From the NCBI GenBank assembly GCA_964537405.1, contig CAZIBS010000001.1, positions 2,035 through 60,548 on the forward strand: DNA of 58,514 bases, written 5' to 3'. Shown in pieces: positions 18,771 to 28,020 of the stretch (its first letter is position 1; every line of letters begins with the position of its first letter). The notes beneath the pieces are model-generated. The model was not told the DNA's origin. It saw nothing but the letters and a program-made list of their open reading frames with translations, and searched no databases. The DNA comes from an uncultured Thermoanaerobaculia bacterium. GTDB lineage: Bacteria > Acidobacteriota > UBA4820 > DSQY01. The position numbers and the translations under genes are program-made.

Positions 18771-21700
18771 TGCTTTCGCGCCTCATAGACTGGTCGCTTA
18801 AGAATCGCTACATGGTCCTTCTCCTCACGGCATTTTTCATCATCGCGGGCATCTGGGTGATCTACCACACGCCCGTGGACGCGATCCCCGACCTCTCGGA
18901 CACGGAGGTCATCATCTATACCAAGTACCCGGGTCAGAGTCCCCAGGTTGTCGAGGACCAGGTCACTTACCCGCTCACCACCGCCATGCTTTCCGTACCC
19001 AAGGCCACGGTTGTGCGGGGCTACTCCTTCTTTAACTTCTCGCTCGTTTACGTAATCTTCAAGGACGGGACCAACCTTTACTGGGCGCGTACGAGGGTTC
19101 TCGAATACCTCAACTACGTGACGCCGCAGTTGCCCAGGGGGATTGCGCCCCAACTCGGACCCGACGCCACCGGTGTGGGGTGGATCTACGAGTATGCGCT
19201 GGTGGACAAGACGGGGAAACACAACCTCTACCAGTTGCGATCGCTGCAGGACTGGTACCTTAGGTACCAGCTCCAGACCGTACCCGGCGTATCCGAGGTG
19301 GCGAGCATCGGCGGATACGTCAAGCAGTACCAGGTGGAACTCGATCCGAATAAGCTCGCCGATTACCACATCAGCCTCGAGCACGTGAAACACGCGATCA
19401 TGCAATCCAACAACGACGTGGGTGGCCGCGTCGTGGAGATGGCCGAAACCGAGTACATGGTACGAGGAATTGGATACATTAAAAGCCTTGATGATCTCAG
19501 GAAGATTCCAATCGGCCTGGACCCGGGCGGACGCCCCGTCCTTCTCAGCCAGGTGGCGAACATCCACCTAGGCCCCGAGCTGAGGCGCGGCCTGGCCGAT
19601 TTGAACGGGCAGGGCGGCGTGGCCGGAGGCATCATTGTCATGCGGGTCGGCGAAAACGCGCTCAAGACAATCGAAGCCGTGAAGGCCAAACTCGCGGCAC
19701 TCAAGAAGGGCCTGCCCAAGGGCGTCGAGATCGTCCCGGTTTACGACCGCTCCGGGCTCATCGAACGGAGCATCAAGTTTCTCAAGGATAAGCTCGTCGA
19801 GGAAATCATCGTCATTTCCCTCGTCTGCATCCTCTTTCTTTTCCACTTCCGCAGCGCGCTCGTGGCCATCATCATGTTGCCACTCGGGGTCATGGCGTCG
19901 CTGATCATCATGTATTTCCAGGGGCTCAACAGCAACATCATGAGTCTCGGGGGTATCGCCATCGCCATGGGCGCCATGGTTGACTCCGCCATCATCATGA
20001 TCGAGAACGCCCACAAAAAAATGGAGTACGGCTACGACAAGAAATACCACTGGGAGATCATCGGCGTTGCCGCCAAGGAGGTGGGTCCGACCCTCTTCTG
20101 GTCCCTGCTCGTGCTGACGTGCTCTCTCCTTCCCATCTTTACGCTGAACCAGCAGTCCGGCAGGCTCTTCAAACCGCTCGCCTTCACGATGACCTATACC
20201 ATCGGCTCCGCCGCCTTCCTGGCCGTCGTGCTGGCGCCCATACTTATGGGCTTTTTCATCCGTGGCCGGATCCGCCCCGACGTGGAAAATCCGATCACGC
20301 GATTTCTTATCTGGATATACCACCCTGTCGTGGACTGGGTTCTCAAGCATAGAAAACTCGTTCTTTTCATGGCAGTGTTGGTCATGGCCAGCGCCGTTTT
20401 TCCGTTCAAGCAGTTGGGTTCTGAGTTCATGCCTCCGCTGAACGAAGGAGACCTCGTCTACATGCCTACGACGCTGCCGGGAATTTCAATCGGAAAGGCC
20501 AAGCAGATACTCGAACAGACCGACCGCATCATCAAGACCTTCCCCGAGGTCAAGTCCGTCTTCGGCAAGGTGGGAAGGGCCAATACGGCCACCGATCCCG
20601 CGCCCCTCACGATGACCGAAACCACCATTCAGCTCCGGCAGGACAAGAGCTACTGGCGCAAGATCCACGTGGAAAGGTGGTACTCCTCCTGGGCACCGGA
20701 TTGGCTGAAGAAGCCGCTGCACCTGTTGTGGCCCGAAGAGCGGACGATCACCCAGAAGGAACTCATCAACAAGCTCAACCATGCTATCCATTTCCCGGGA
20801 CTCGTCAACGCATGGACCATGCCCATCAAAACCCGAATCGACATGCTGTCCACCGGTATTAAAACACCGGTCGGCATTAAGCTGCTCGGTCCGGACCTCA
20901 ATGAATTGGCCAAGCTCGCCAAGGAAGTGGAAGCCGCCGTCCGCAACATTCCCGGCACACGCTCGGTCATCGCGGAGCGGGTCATGGGCGGCTACTACAT
21001 GGACTACGACATCGACCGCACGGCCGCCGCCCGCTACGGGCTCTCGGTTCAGGCAATCGAGGACGTTATCGAATCGGCGCTCGGCGGGATGAACGTTACC
21101 CAGACCGTGGAAGGTCTCGAGCGCTACCCGGTCAACCTGCGCTACATGCGCGGCTACCGGGATAACGTGCAGGCGTTGAAGCGCGTGCTCATCCAGACGC
21201 CCACCGGCGCACAGATCCCGATCTCCGAAGTGACTAAATTCGTTATCCACCAAGGCCCGCCGGCTATAAAAACCGAAAACTCCAGGAAAACGGCCTGGCT
21301 CTACGTGGACCTGAATACGTCCGACATCGGCGGCTACGTGGCGCGAGCGCAGAAGATCGTGAACGCCAAGGTGAAACTCCCGGAACAATACAACATCGTC
21401 TGGAGCGGCCAGTATCGATATATGGAGGAAGCCCGCTCGCGGTTGGCCATCGCTATCCCGGTTACGCTCGTGATCATCCTGTTGCTGCTCTACTTCAACA
21501 CCAAGTCTTTCACCAAGGTAGCCATCGTCATCCTGTCCGTACCCTTCTCGCTTGTCGGTTCATTCTGGCTGCTCTACCTGCTGCATTACAACCTGTCCGT
21601 TGCCGTTTGGGTCGGGGTTATCGCCTTGGCCGGGCTCGACGCGGAGACCGGCGTAGTTATGCTGCTCTACCTCGAACTGGCCCACGCACTCTACAGCAAG

Positions 21701-22003
21701 CTGGGACGCATGAAAACCATCGGAGACCTCAGGCAGGCTATTTTTCACGGCGCGGTGACACGCATTAGGCCGAAGATGATGACCACGGGCGCCATCCTGG
21801 CGGGCTTGATACCCATTATGCACGGAACCGGGACCGGCTCCTCCGTCCTGAAGCGCATTGCGGCGCCCATGGTTGGCGGCGTCATTACGTCCCTGCTGCT
21901 AAATCTGGCGATCTATCCGGTGCTATATTACTACTTGAAGCGCCGACACCTGGATCCGTCGATGGAACCCACGTCCAACGAGGAAGTTCACGAAAGCAAT
22001 TAG
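18770..22003 (+). CDS. cusA: Cu(I)/Ag(I) RND efflux permease (CusA/SilA)
   Basis: DAIPDLSD, LGPDATGVGWIYEY; the three Met-containing motifs of the CusA Cu site are present (EGDLVYMP, PLTMTET, RIDMLSTG). Confidence 0.95.
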   Translation: MLSRLIDWSLKNRYMVLLLTAFFIIAGIWVIYHTPVDAIPDLSDTEVIIYTKYPGQSPQVVEDQVTYPLTTAMLSVPKATVVRGYSFFNFSLVYVIFKDGTNLYWARTRVLEYLNYVTPQLPRGIAPQLGPDATGVGWIYEYALVDKTGKHNLYQLRSLQDWYLRYQLQTVPGVSEVASIGGYVKQYQVELDPNKLADYHISLEHVKHAIMQSNNDVGGRVVEMAETEYMVRGIGYIKSLDDLRKIPIGLDPGGRPVLLSQVANIHLGPELRRGLADLNGQGGVAGGIIVMRVGENALKTIEAVKAKLAALKKGLPKGVEIVPVYDRSGLIERSIKFLKDKLVEEIIVISLVCILFLFHFRSALVAIIMLPLGVMASLIIMYFQGLNSNIMSLGGIAIAMGAMVDSAIIMIENAHKKMEYGYDKKYHWEIIGVAAKEVGPTLFWSLLVLTCSLLPIFTLNQQSGRLFKPLAFTMTYTIGSAAFLAVVLAPILMGFFIRGRIRPDVENPITRFLIWIYHPVVDWVLKHRKLVLFMAVLVMASAVFPFKQLGSEFMPPLNEGDLVYMPTTLPGISIGKAKQILEQTDRIIKTFPEVKSVFGKVGRANTATDPAPLTMTETTIQLRQDKSYWRKIHVERWYSSWAPDWLKKPLHLLWPEERTITQKELINKLNHAIHFPGLVNAWTMPIKTRIDMLSTGIKTPVGIKLLGPDLNELAKLAKEVEAAVRNIPGTRSVIAERVMGGYYMDYDIDRTAAARYGLSVQAIEDVIESALGGMNVTQTVEGLERYPVNLRYMRGYRDNVQALKRVLIQTPTGAQIPISEVTKFVIHQGPPAIKTENSRKTAWLYVDLNTSDIGGYVARAQKIVNAKVKLPEQYNIVWSGQYRYMEEARSRLAIAIPVTLVIILLLLYFNTKSFTKVAIVILSVPFSLVGSFWLLYLLHYNLSVAVWVGVIALAGLDAETGVVMLLYLELAHALYSKLGRMKTIGDLRQAIFHGAVTRIRPKMMTTGAILAGLIPIMHGTGTGSSVLKRIAAPMVGGVITSLLLNLAIYPVLYYYLKRRHLDPSMEPTSNEEVHESN

Positions 22004-22014
22004 TTGCCCGCCTC

Positions 22015-22057
22015 GGTTTCCCGGGGGCCGGAGTTCACTCCACGTCCCCGGGAAACC
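22015..22057. terminator. Long stem-loop immediately after cusA
   Basis: GGTTTCCCGGGG...CCCCGGGAAACC enclosing GGAG-TTCA-CTCC; no clear U-tract. Confidence 0.45.
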
Positions 22058-22099
22058 TTAAAGACGTGGTAACATGAAACCTTAAAGACGTGGTAACAT
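22052..22099. repeat. Exact tandem duplication of a 24-bp unit
   Basis: GAAACCTTAAAGACGTGGTAACAT twice (22052-22075, 22076-22099), just upstream of the P-II RBS. Confidence 0.9.
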
Positions 22100-22120
22100 G
22101 AGACCGAAAGGAGTGATACA

Positions 22121-22426
22121 ATGAAAAAGATCACCGCGATCATCCGCACGGACTGCCTGGAACCGGTTGAACGTGCCTTGCGGACTCTTGGAGTCGAAGG
22201 CATCAGCGTCAGCCGGGTCAATGGCTACGGCGAACACGCTCACTTTGCCAACAATGACTGGTTATGCACCCACGCCCGCATTGAGACCTGCACGGAGGAA
22301 GCCTTCACACAGGACATCGTAGATACCATCATGGATGCCGCTCATACGGGGAGGGCCGGCGACGGCATCGTGGCCGTTCTTCCGGTTGAGCGATTCTTCA
22401 AAGTGCGTGAGCAGCGTGACGGCTAA
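22121..22426 (+). CDS. P-II family protein, metal-efflux-associated type, copy 1
   Basis: MKKITAIIR, GYG, HTGRAGDG; short T-loop lacking the uridylylated Tyr. Confidence 0.88.
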   Translation: MKKITAIIRTDCLEPVERALRTLGVEGISVSRVNGYGEHAHFANNDWLCTHARIETCTEEAFTQDIVDTIMDAAHTGRAGDGIVAVLPVERFFKVREQRDG

Positions 22427-22439
22427 AAGCGCAAGGTTA

Positions 22440-22517
22440 TTCGATTACCCTTGCCCGATGCACCCGGAGATTCAACAGGGTTACCCCGCGTCGATCGGGC
22501 CGGGAGGCGCAGCATGA
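22440..22517 (+). pseudogene. Relic half of an HMBD motif
   Basis: Reads FDYPCPMHPEIQQGYP... with no second CxxC; its stop overlaps the next ATG (ATGA). Confidence 0.5.
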
Positions 22518-23662
22518 GCCCGCGCGATGAGCTTCACATCGTCGGCGCCGGACCGGCCGGGCTCGCCGCGTCCATTACCGCGGCACGGGCCGGAGTCGCC
22601 GTCGTCGTCCACGAGAAGGGACACGACGTAGGACGCAGGTTCCACGGAGATTTCCAGGGGCTGGAGAACTGGACATCCTCCATGGACATCATCACCGAGA
22701 TCAAGTCTATGGGGATCGAGCCCAACTTCGACCACATCCCTCATTACAATCTGGTCTGCTTCGATCCTTCGGGGCGCAAACTGGCCGCGGGTTCTTCCCG
22801 GCCGTTGTACTACCTCGTTCGACGCGGTACCGAGCCGGGAACTCTCGACCGGGGGCTCCTTCAACAAGCGCTTGATCTCGGTGTCGAGGTCCGATTCAAG
22901 GACCGTGTCGATGGTATCCCCGGAGGGGGAATCGTGGCAACGGGACCGCGCGCCGTGGATATCATCGCAGTGGGCTACCTTTTTGAGACCAACGCTGAAA
23001 ACGGCTCCTACGTGGCTATCGACCGCAATCTGGCTCCGGGAGGGTATGCTTACCTGCTCATCCATGAGGGGCGGGGTACCGTTGCCACTTGCATGTTCGG
23101 GGACTTCCACCAGGAAGCGGTATACTTGGAACGAACCATCTCTTTCTTCACCTCGTCTCTTGATCTGCGACTCCACAACCCGCGCCGTTTCAGCGGCTAC
23201 GGCAACTGTGAGATTCCTCAAACCGCGGTTCAAGGCAAGATGACCCAGGTTGGAGAAGCCGCCGGTTTCCAGGATATGTTGTGGGGTTTTGGGCTCCGGT
23301 ACGCTCTCACTTCCGGTCATATGGCAGCCCAAGCGGTTCTCACCGGTTCGCAAGCAACCTACGACAAGCTGTGGCGACTTCGGTTCGCGGGCCAGATGCG
23401 GGCCGCCACAGTCAACCGCTTCCTCTTTAGGTTGGCGGGACATCAAAGCCTATCGTGGTTCCTTGGCCGGGTCGCAGCCAAGGGGGATCCACGTGTGAGC
23501 TTGCATCGACTCTACGCTTCTTCGGCGTGGAAGACGGCATTGTACCCGGTGGTTGGCAGGTACGTAAAAAGCCGTCGCCGCCACCACGAATGCCTCGAGC
23601 CCGGCTGCAATTGCACGTGGTGCCGGTGTCAGCACCACAGTGAGTTCATGGAGGAGGTGTGA
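22514..23662 (+). CDS. NAD(P)/FAD-dependent oxidoreductase (geranylgeranyl-reductase-like) with a Cys/His-rich C-terminus
   Basis: IVGAGPAG, APGGYAY, VGEAAGFQD; tail HHECLEPGCNCTWCRCQHH; GGGAGG RBS before ATG 22514. Confidence 0.8.
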   Translation: MSPRDELHIVGAGPAGLAASITAARAGVAVVVHEKGHDVGRRFHGDFQGLENWTSSMDIITEIKSMGIEPNFDHIPHYNLVCFDPSGRKLAAGSSRPLYYLVRRGTEPGTLDRGLLQQALDLGVEVRFKDRVDGIPGGGIVATGPRAVDIIAVGYLFETNAENGSYVAIDRNLAPGGYAYLLIHEGRGTVATCMFGDFHQEAVYLERTISFFTSSLDLRLHNPRRFSGYGNCEIPQTAVQGKMTQVGEAAGFQDMLWGFGLRYALTSGHMAAQAVLTGSQATYDKLWRLRFAGQMRAATVNRFLFRLAGHQSLSWFLGRVAAKGDPRVSLHRLYASSAWKTALYPVVGRYVKSRRRHHECLEPGCNCTWCRCQHHSEFMEEV

Positions 23663-23666
23663 AGCC

Positions 23667-23888
23667 GTGAGCATCCTCTTGGATAATTGGCTCTTTCTTC
23701 TCATCATTGCTCTCTGCATCGGGATGCACTTCTTCCACGGCCATGGTCATGGGGACGGAAACGGCACAATGAACGGTGCGGGGGATGAAATCCGGTCGCG
23801 GAGGCAACCTTACACCAACCGTCGGACGGGCCGGAGAAGCCGAACTCGGTTCCGAGCCGAATGGTCAAGAAGGCGCCAGGGGCTGTGA
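23667..23888 (+). CDS. DUF2933-like small His-rich membrane protein
   Basis: WLFLLIIALCIGMHFFHGHGHG; GTG start after GGAGGAGG; the C-terminus may be degenerate. Confidence 0.6.
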   Translation: MSILLDNWLFLLIIALCIGMHFFHGHGHGDGNGTMNGAGDEIRSRRQPYTNRRTGRRSRTRFRAEWSRRRQGL

Positions 23889-23919
23889 GGGGCTCCGGCG
23901 GGCTTTGCCCGTGCGTCTT

Positions 23920-23988
23920 GGCGCCATTTTGTCCGGCTTGGAACCGGTAGGCGCCGGTTCCTCCATCCTGAAGCACATTGCGGCGCCA
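23920..23988 (+). pseudogene. Degenerate copy of a 3' segment of cusA
   Basis: GAILSGL...GSSILKHIAAP versus CusA GAILAGL...GSSVLKRIAAP; the DNA aligns by eye to about 21788-21867. Confidence 0.7.
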
Positions 23989-24058
23989 CGTATGATATAA
24001 TTCATAGTGAACCCGGTGGATCGGCGTCAGCCGCCACCCATTGAAAAGGAGGTAAATC

Positions 24059-24739
24059 ATGAAGAGAAGCAAGGCCTGTTACATCGCCGGAGTGCTGACT
24101 CTGGGGCTTTTACTGGGAAGCACCGCCGTATTTTCCAGCTCGGCCGTAAACACGTCACGGAAAACCACCGTACGTAAGATGACGCATCGGGAAGGGGCTC
24201 AAAATCTGCAACAGAAAAAGGCGCCGCGAGGGTGCGAGGCAATGATGGGGAAGTGCAAGCTGATGAACTCCCGCATCGACGAATTGGCGGCCAAGATGAA
24301 GGCGGCCACCGGACTGAAAAAGATAGATGCAATGGCGGACCTTCTGGATGAACTCGTCGCGCAGCGCAAGTCGATGCACAAGATGATGATGAACATGCGT
24401 GGCGGCATGTCCGGCGGTTCGATGCGGAAGTCCAAGATGATGGGCGGTATGTCCGGCGCTTCGATGCGGAAGTGTAAGCTGATGAACTCCCGCATCGACG
24501 AATTGGCGGCCAAGATGAAGGCGGCCACCGGTCGGGAAAAGATAGATGCAATGGCGGACCTTCTGGGTGAACTCGTCGCGCAGCGCAAGTCGATGCACAA
24601 GACGATGATGAATATGCGTGGCGGCATGTCCGGCGGTTCGATGCGGAAGTGTAAGATGATGAAAAAAATGATGATGCGGAAGAAAATGCAACAGCGGGAG
24701 GCTGCACCGGCGGCCGGGAAGAAGACGTCCGTAAAGTGA
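24059..24739 (+). CDS. Exported Met-rich helical repeat protein
   Basis: Signal-like N-terminus; 33 Met in 226 aa by hand count; internal duplication with a 219-nt offset; AAGGAGG RBS. Confidence 0.75.
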   Translation: MKRSKACYIAGVLTLGLLLGSTAVFSSSAVNTSRKTTVRKMTHREGAQNLQQKKAPRGCEAMMGKCKLMNSRIDELAAKMKAATGLKKIDAMADLLDELVAQRKSMHKMMMNMRGGMSGGSMRKSKMMGGMSGASMRKCKLMNSRIDELAAKMKAATGREKIDAMADLLGELVAQRKSMHKTMMNMRGGMSGGSMRKCKMMKKMMMRKKMQQREAAPAAGKKTSVK

Positions 24740-24889
24740 AGCGCCGGTTCCATGCCAATGCCGGCTGGGCGAAACACAGGTTTTTCCAACCGGCCGGTTC
24801 GGGGCATAAGCGATGATGAGTTGTGGTTCCGAAATGGGTTGGATGTGGATATGGCCGGTGGCGGAGGGCCTTCAGCCTGGCTCGTCACG

Positions 24890-25048
24890 GACCCCGTTTG
24901 CGGGATGAAGATCGACCCGACCCTCGCAGGCGCCAAAGTCGAGTGCATTTGCGCCGTGTGTCTGGAGATTGTCCGTGACGAGCCGGGGAACCGTCCCATC
25001 TGCGGCATGGCTTTGGAACCCCGTACCATTTCGATTGAGGAGGAGTGA
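24890..25048 (+). pseudogene. Internally deleted, degenerate copy of the copA 5' region
   Basis: [10 protein letters not shown] joined to [39 protein letters not shown]; matches copA at about 25456-25485 and 25787-25906. Confidence 0.75.
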
Positions 25049-25053
25049 ATAAA

Positions 25054-25359
25054 ATGAAAAAGATCACCGCGATCATTCGCACGGACTGTCTGGAACCGGC
25101 TGAACGCGCCTTGCGGACTCTTGGGGTTGAAGGCATAACGGTAACCAGGGTTAAGGGATTCGGTGAACACGCAAATTTTTTCAGCAGTGACTGGTGCTGT
25201 ACCCACGCCCGCATCGAAATCTACACGGAGGACTCTCTTGTACAGGACATCGTAGACACTATCATGGATGCCGCTCATACGGGGAGGACCGGCGACGGCA
25301 TCGTGACCGTTCTTCCGGTTGAGAGATTTTTTAAAGTGCGTGAGAAGCGTGAGGGTTAA
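25054..25359 (+). CDS. P-II family protein, metal-efflux-associated type, copy 2
   Basis: Same length (306 nt) as copy 1 and highly similar; loop reads GFGEHANFFSSDWCCTH. Confidence 0.88.
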   Translation: MKKITAIIRTDCLEPAERALRTLGVEGITVTRVKGFGEHANFFSSDWCCTHARIEIYTEDSLVQDIVDTIMDAAHTGRTGDGIVTVLPVERFFKVREKREG

Positions 25360-25428
25360 AAGCGCAAGAACTTTCGATTAAGGCTGACCCTTGCCGTTCG
25401 GAGTTCTGAAACGCTACGGAGGTTCAAA

Positions 25429-27909
25429 GTGAGCACAAATTCAATGCGCGGGATAGACCCCGTTTGCGGGATGAAGATCGACCCTGACGCCACCGAATAC
25501 AAGCTCGAACACGGCGGAGCCGTGGTTCACTTCTGTTCGACACACTGCCTCGAGAAGTTCCGGGCGGACCCCGGGAAGTACGCGGTGGAGAGTTCCACGG
25601 CCGAAAGTTCCGGAGCCGAAGCGGTGAAGCCGGAGGACGACGATAAAAAGAATGCGAGTTGCCTGGTCTGCGAGGTGCCGCCGCTGGTGGAGTACACCTG
25701 CCCGATGCACCCCGACATACGTTCCGACAAGCCAGGCGCCTGCCCCAAGTGCGGCATGGCACTGGAACCGGTCGCCGCGGCTCCCGGAGGCACCAAGGTG
25801 GAGTACACCTGTCCCATGCACCCGGAGATCGTCCGTGACGAGCCGGGGAGCTGTCCCATCTGCGGCATGGCTTTGGAGCCTCGCACCATTTCGGTTGAAG
25901 AGGAGAATCCCGAACTCAAGGATATGCGTCGCAGGTTCTGGGTGAGCCTGGCCCTGTCGGTGCCGGTGTTCCTGATCACCATGGCTGATCTGGTACCGGG
26001 TTTGAGGGGTGTCAACTGGCTTACGGCGCATGCGCGGATCCTCATTCAGCTCGGGCTCGCCACCCCTGTTGTCCTCTGGGGAGGCTGGCCGTTCTTCGTC
26101 CGTGGCTGGCAATCCATCGTCAACCGTTCGCTCAACATGTTCACGTTAGTCGGCCTTGGAACGGGTGTGGCCTATATCTACAGCCTGATCGCCGCCCTCT
26201 TCCCGGGGATCTTTCCGCCGTCCTTCCGTGGCGCGGAGGGTACCGTGGCCGTCTACTTTGAAGCCGCGGCGGTGATCGTGACCCTTGTCCTGCTAGGCCA
26301 GGTTCTCGAACTCAAGGCCAGGAGCCGGACCGGCGCGGCCATCAAGGCTCTTTTGGGCCTGGCTCCCAAAACGGCCCGCAGGATCGAGGAGGACGGCACC
26401 GAGGCGGACGTTCCGCTCGACCAGGTCCAGGTAGGCGATCGGCTTCGGGTGCGTCCCGGCGAGAAAATACCGGCGGACGGTATCGTTCTCGAAGGCATGA
26501 GTTCGGTGGACGAGGCTATGATTACGGGCGAACCCCTGGCGGTCACGAAGAAGTCCGGTGACCACGTCATCGGAGCCACCATTAACCGTACGGGCTCCAT
26601 GGTAATCAGCGCCGAAAAGGTGGGTGCGGACAGCCTCTTGTCCCGGATTGTCCAGATGGTGGCCGAGGCCCAGCGAAGCAGGGCGCCGATCCAAAAACTG
26701 GCGGATTCGGTGGCCGGGTACTTCGTGCCGGCCGTGATTGGCGCCGGCGTCATCACCTTCATCATCTGGGGGTTGTGGGGCCCGGACCCGCGGATGGCCC
26801 ACGCCCTGATCAACGCCGTTGCCGTTCTGATCATCGCGTGCCCCTGCGCCTTGGGTCTGGCGACTCCCATGTCCATCATGGTGGCCACGGGCAAGGGCGC
26901 AACCGCCGGGGTTCTGTTCAAGAACGCCGAGGCGATCGAGGTGATGCGCAAGGTGGATACCCTGGTAGTGGACAAGACGGGCACCCTCACCGAGGGAGCC
27001 CCACAACTCCAAACCGTGCTTTCCCAGGGCAAGCTTGCCGAGAACGATTTCCTGGCCCTGGTGGCCGGGCTTGAGCGCGGGAGCGAGCACCCCCTCGCCG
27101 AAGCCATCGTGAAGGGTGCAACGGACCGGGGTGTCGTGTTGGAGAAGGCCTCCGATTTCGACTCTATCACCGGCAAGGGTGTCACGGGCACCGTGGCAGG
27201 CCGTGCCGTCGCCGTGGGGAACCGGGCCTTGCTGGAGCAGATCGGTGCTGATGCAAAACCCCTGGCGGGGACCGCGGAGCAATTGCGGCGCGAAGGTCAG
27301 ACCGTGATGTTTGTGGCCGTAGACGGAGAGGTGGCCGGTCTCGTCAGCGTGGCCGATCCCGTCAAGGAAAGTTCGCCGGAAGCCATAGAAGCCTTACACA
27401 AGGAGGGCCTGAGAGTTGTGATGCTTACCGGCGACAGCAAAACAACCGCCGAGGCGGTGGCGCGGAAGCTCGGAATAGACGAGGTTATCGCCGAGGTCCT
27501 GCCCGATCAGAAGGCCGAAGTTGTCAAACGTCTGCAGGGCGAGGAGCGGATCGTGGCCATGGCCGGAGACGGGATCAACGACGCCCCTGCCCTGGCCCAG
27601 GCTCAAGTGGGTATCGCCATGGGCACCGGTACCGACGTTGCCATGGAAAGCGCCGGGGTGACCCTCGTCAAGGGAGACCTCCGCGGGATTATTCGCGCTC
27701 GCCGCCTGTCGCGGGCCACCATGCGCAACATCAAGGAGAATCTCTTCTGGGCTTTCGCCTACAACAGTATTGGCATCCCCATCGCGGCCGGCGTTTTGTA
27801 TCCCTTCTTCGGCCTGCTGCTGTCGCCGATCATCGCCGCCGCCGCAATGAGTTTCAGCTCCGTTTCGGTTGTTGGTAACGCCCTACGGTTGAGAAGAGTC
27901 CATATCTGA
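25429..27909 (+). CDS. copA: Cu(I)-translocating P1B-type ATPase with YHS and two HMBD domains
   Basis: DPVCGM...FCS..C (YHS), YTCPMHP twice, [22 protein letters not shown]...MSFSS. Confidence 0.95.
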   Translation: MSTNSMRGIDPVCGMKIDPDATEYKLEHGGAVVHFCSTHCLEKFRADPGKYAVESSTAESSGAEAVKPEDDDKKNASCLVCEVPPLVEYTCPMHPDIRSDKPGACPKCGMALEPVAAAPGGTKVEYTCPMHPEIVRDEPGSCPICGMALEPRTISVEEENPELKDMRRRFWVSLALSVPVFLITMADLVPGLRGVNWLTAHARILIQLGLATPVVLWGGWPFFVRGWQSIVNRSLNMFTLVGLGTGVAYIYSLIAALFPGIFPPSFRGAEGTVAVYFEAAAVIVTLVLLGQVLELKARSRTGAAIKALLGLAPKTARRIEEDGTEADVPLDQVQVGDRLRVRPGEKIPADGIVLEGMSSVDEAMITGEPLAVTKKSGDHVIGATINRTGSMVISAEKVGADSLLSRIVQMVAEAQRSRAPIQKLADSVAGYFVPAVIGAGVITFIIWGLWGPDPRMAHALINAVAVLIIACPCALGLATPMSIMVATGKGATAGVLFKNAEAIEVMRKVDTLVVDKTGTLTEGAPQLQTVLSQGKLAENDFLALVAGLERGSEHPLAEAIVKGATDRGVVLEKASDFDSITGKGVTGTVAGRAVAVGNRALLEQIGADAKPLAGTAEQLRREGQTVMFVAVDGEVAGLVSVADPVKESSPEAIEALHKEGLRVVMLTGDSKTTAEAVARKLGIDEVIAEVLPDQKAEVVKRLQGEERIVAMAGDGINDAPALAQAQVGIAMGTGTDVAMESAGVTLVKGDLRGIIRARRLSRATMRNIKENLFWAFAYNSIGIPIAAGVLYPFFGLLLSPIIAAAAMSFSSVSVVGNALRLRRVHI

Positions 27910-28020
27910 ACAGGGATATCCCGGTTGCAGGCCGGCCTCGTATTCAGCGACAACGGGGTGGTACGGGTCATCCCGGTAAAAATAACGCCGGGTCCGGGAA
28001 TCTTATTAAGGAGCGGCGTC

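Noticed and set aside
22052-22099. 24-bp repeat as a CRISPR array
   Set aside because: The two units are directly adjacent with no spacer, and no cas genes are in the window.
22121-22426. Calling the P-II genes glnB or glnK
   Set aside because: They lack Tyr51, Gln39 and Lys58, and there is no amtB or glnA context.
24155-25278. Long minus-strand repetitive ORFs (24057..24758, 24155..24691, 24199..25278)
   Set aside because: They are antisense shadows of the Met-rich repeat gene and P-II; the plus-strand ORF has the RBS and signal peptide.
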